In this document: in pieces, positions 60,305-64,000 of the stretch | Numbering within the stretch: the stretch's first letter is position 1 | Layout of the letters: each line of letters opens with the position of its first letter | Program-made: the position numbers and the translations under genes | Origin: Camelus ferus | Taxonomy: Eukaryota | NCBI RefSeq assembly: GCF_009834535.1 | Contig: NC_045715.1 | Span: 20,708,001 to 20,772,000, forward strand | Reading direction: 5' to 3' | Length of the DNA stretch: 64,000 bases | The notes under the pieces: generated by a model | Databases searched by the model: none | Told to the model about the DNA's origin: nothing | Seen by the model: only the letters and a program-made list of their open reading frames with translations

Positions 60305-60697
60305 AACAATTTTATAAATAATACATTTTGGTAGGAGGTGGAATACCTTCCTCACACTCCAAATCTTAATCTCTGCCCCCACATTATCTTCCCCTCTACC
60401 TGAGCCTGAGAGAGCATGAATAAGTAGTGGGATAAAGATGCTACAGAGGAATAGAAAGCAACTTTCTCCAGAAATGAGTCTTTGGTTTGGTTCCCACAAG
60501 GATTAGGGAAAGTGCATTATGAGAGAATCCATTGCCCTCCACTACAATCTTGCTAAGAAAGAGACGGGATAAGTGCATGAGAAGGAAAACCGCCATCCTA
60601 CCTGGGAGAGTAGGGTCCTGAGGCCCATGTTGCCTTCTCACCAATGGGGCAAGATAGCAAATACCGCTGGAGACCCATCCCTCGAGGGGCTGTTGTG

Positions 60698-63600
60698 TCA
60701 GCAGGAGGCCAGGCCTAGCAGGATCAGCGCCCCTCCAACTGTGCCCCACCACGGGTTGCCTACTAGCCCTCCCCCAGCTCCGCCCCGAGTCACCGAAGTA
60801 GAAGGATGAAGGGTAGGGCTGGTTGTGGTGAGGACAGGGTCAGTGGAGTAGACAGGAGCAGGGAGCTGGTTCTGGGGAGAAGGAGAAACTGTCAGGGTGG
60901 CTGTACCACCCTCCTCTTGCCCTGCCTATTCTGCAGTGGAAAGTGGGGGCACCTCACCTGTGGGGCCGGGGGCAGCACCAGGAGCCGGAGGAAGGCATGG
61001 GTTGGGGGCACTGTGCTGGCTTCTCGATCTGTCGCAGTCACAGTCACCATCACCACAGAGTCCGGGGCAGCTGAGTCTGGGACCTCCAGCCACAGGCGCC
61101 CCCAGGCAGACTCATTCTGTTCTAGGCTAACCCTGGAGAGTAGTGACATGGACTGACATCAGGCTGAAGCCCCAGGCTCCAAATAGCTGAGAGCCAAGCA
61201 CAGGCAGGGAGAGGAGCAAGGAATCTGAGCACCAATCTGAAAGGGCAGGAGGCAAGGCTTAACGAGGTATACCAGAGCCTGAAACCTGGGAATAGAAAGA
61301 TGAGTCCCAAAGGGAGCAGGAGGATTCAGGGGATTCACCTGGAGAGGTTGGAGGTGAGAGTGAAGCTGGGGTTGACAGATGTCCTAAGATCAAGATCCCG
61401 AGGGCCTGAGAAACTGGCAATGTGGAGGCTGAGCGGGGCCTTGGTTCCCGGCGCCAGGAGACTTGGGGGACCGCTGAGCTGTAGAGGAGGGCCAGTCAGG
61501 GGAGGGGCAGGTCCTATTCTCTCCAGCCCTGGCCACACCTTCCATTGGCTTCTCACCTCCAGAAGGACAGGAACTACAGCACAGGGCTGGGGGGCTGCCC
61601 GGTGTAGGCCCTGCCCCGCTCCATCCTGGCCAATAATCTCCAGAGAAAAGGGTCCCGCAGTGGACAGAAGTGTGGGCGGTAGAGAGGCAGCAAAGAGACC
61701 TCGCTCCTGGGGTCCCACGGGCTCCAAAGGCACCTGGCCCAGCTCAGCACCCTGCGGGACTCCTCGAAGGACAACATGGGAGAAATGTGGCAGAGGATCT
61801 CCAGGGTGTCCTCTGGAGCCCAGCCCTGTCACTTCGACCAGCAGTTGGGTCTGGAGACCTGGGACAGGGATGGGGGGGGGGGGGGGGAGAACAGTGATCT
61901 GCATGAGGTTTGGAGACAAGGAGAAAAGGATGAGCAGCTTTGAATAGGGGTTGGTTCTGGGGAGTATGGATGGGGAGGGCCTGGAGTGGGTTCTGGGATG
62001 CGAAATGTTCTACAGCTTGAACTGAGTGATGGTTACATGGGTGTATTATATAGAATCCACCCACCTGAACACTTAAATTTGGTGGACCTTATTAAATGTT
62101 TATTGTAATTCACTAAAGTTTATATATATATAAACAAGTTAGGGATGCGGGTAGATGTACCTGCAACTGGTTGAGTCAGGGGGTAGAGGCCAGGGTGGGG
62201 TCCATCCTCCTTGGGGATCCCAAAGTGGAAGAGGAAGTCCAGGGAGGTCTGGGCTGAGGGAGGGCAAAGGCAGTCAGAGACCCTCCCGAGATGGTTGTGA
62301 CTGATGTTGCTCTCTGAGCTCGGCAGTCTTCCTTTCTTTTCCCAGAAGTATCTCCCTCCTTACCTTGCACTCTTACCCGGGGGATGCCCTTGGCTGTGAC
62401 CTGGATCTCCCAGGTTCCTGTCTGCAAGGGGTCATTCATGGTCACCATCCAGAACTGCCCGAAGCGGCGAGTGTGACCTAGAGGCCCGTCACCTTCCTCC
62501 TGGCCCTGGGAGACTCCTGAGTGGGTGTTGGGGATAAGAGATTGTCACATGAGAATTCCCCTCATTCTCCAATCTCCATTCTTCCCTCTGCCTTGAGAAA
62601 CACACGTGGAAGTACCTGCAGGATTCCTGATCCAGAAACTGCTGACTTCCCCGTGGATCCGGACTGTGACCCTCTGGAGCCGCCCATCCACACTGAACAC
62701 AAGTGGCCTCTCAGGCACAACAACAGAAGGCTCCAGGGGCAGGGTCACCTTGAGGGAGCAGGGCCGAAAAATGGGGAGAAGATAAGACATGGGATGAGGG
62801 GGAAACAAAGAAGAAAGAAAGGTAGAGACAAACTAAATAACACATAGAGAAGGGATACCACTGAGGGAGGAAGGACCAGGGTTGAAGCTATGGTCAATGA
62901 CAAAGTTGAAGGAAAGGGACTAAGGATGATGCAACCATTTCTTGCCCCCCTTAAAAGATGGCAGGACTTCTAGGGTAGCCATGAGGACAGAACACTAGAG
63001 GCCATGACTAGGGGGGAGATGGAAGTACTAATACAGTAGTGTAGAAGTTTGTAGCCATGGATCTCAGAGGGAGAGAAACTTCCTTTCCCACCCTTCTGCC
63101 TAGAATGGCAAATCAGCAATGGGAGCCATTCTCCTACAAGAAAGAGAAATGCAGTGTCACCCATCCCCTCAGTCCTGAGTTGAGTCCACTGATCTGTCTG
63201 GCCCCTACCCTTACCAGGTCAGCTATGCTGTCCCCAACAATGGCTGCCACATCCCGAATATACTGGTCTTTGGTGAAGATCACTTCTCCTCCTGAGGCCA
63301 GGGCCACTGCTTCATATGGCTCAAAACGCAGAGGGGACAAGACCTCACGTCGAGCTCGGCCATGAAACCTAGATGGGTCTTCAGTCACCAGGAATGTGAC
63401 CTGTGTCCGGAAGAGAGGCCAGTACTTGAGGTTTCTATGTGCCATCTAACATTGTAAACAAAGGTCTCCTGTGCTCAAGCTTTCTACAGAGCTGATGATT
63501 GGTGATAAATTCTCTGTCTACCCTCTGGCTGCTACAGCAGGGTCTTCTAATGACACAACGCCTGGCCTTCAGTTAGAAGTTGCCACTCTCTGTAACTGTC

Positions 63601-64000
63601 ACCATATGTCATCCATATAGTGGATTGTTGGCAACCAGATCTCCAGTTCTTCAACTGGTTTACTGGGGGCAGGTTCAAATACAAATTCAGTATCATTAAT
63701 GGTAGGGTCTCCCACTCTTTAGTACTGTTAAAGGGATTGGGAAATGTTATACTAATGGTCCACTTCTCCCCACGTAAGCCAAGTCTAGTTTAACCACCAT
63801 AGTGTGGGTGTGACCCTTATTATGAGAGTGTTGTCCTAGGATTTCTCACATCCCTGGGTGGCTAACACTGAGTCTCCCCCCAGCTATGCTCACTCTGCAA
63901 CGCCGCTCCTGAGTCAGGGCTTCCACCCGGTTGGTGAGAAAGGCATCCTTGGGGGAGGCATCAGTGAAGACAAAGATGTCTGAGAGTGGAGGTGTATGTA
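60698..64000 (-). CDS. VWA7: von Willebrand factor A domain-containing 7 (G7c), last nine exons; the gene continues right of the window
   Basis: Exons 63894->64000 ([18 protein letters not shown]), 63215-63400, 62616-62748, 62364-62516, 62161-62253, 61557-61858, 61339-61478, 60958-61132, 60698-60871 (TGA). Phases are consistent. AATAAA(-) at 60237-60242. Confidence 0.95.

Noticed and set aside
61872-61887. G16 homopolymer as a G-quadruplex element
   Set aside because: On the coding strand it is simply the C-rich polypyrimidine tract of the VWA7 acceptor at 61858.

Overview
Mammalian genomic DNA from the MHC class III region. Three tRNA-derived SINEs with camelid Vic-1-type heads point to a camel, alpaca or llama. 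Eleven protein-coding genes lie in the order known from human: ABHD16A(-, exons 1-18, continues left of the window), LY6G6F(+), LY6G6E(-), LY6G6D(+), LY6G6C(-), MPIG6B/G6b(+), DDAH2(-), CLIC1(-), MSH5(+), SAPCD1(+) and VWA7(-, last 9 exons). I traced the exons by hand; they follow GT-AG and keep frame, with one exception at MPIG6B exon 3. Two N-gaps hide the ABHD16A start codon (12482-12621) and MSH5 exon 19 with the Walker A motif (55665-55812). Introns carry MIR, L1, L2, hAT, LTR and SINE remnants. I found no rRNA, true tRNA or CRISPR array, and no wholly new gene system. The best leads are a ~127-bp diverged duplicate containing an octamer motif around the CLIC1/MSH5 promoters, a shifted splice acceptor, an 18-bp coding duplication and a conserved second reading frame in MPIG6B, an intact LY6G6E, a (GGGGCC)5 tract just upstream of the CLIC1 ATG, decayed counterparts of two human isoform-specific exon segments, and a GPI-like tail on VWA7. 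All human and mouse comparisons are recalled from memory, not database results.
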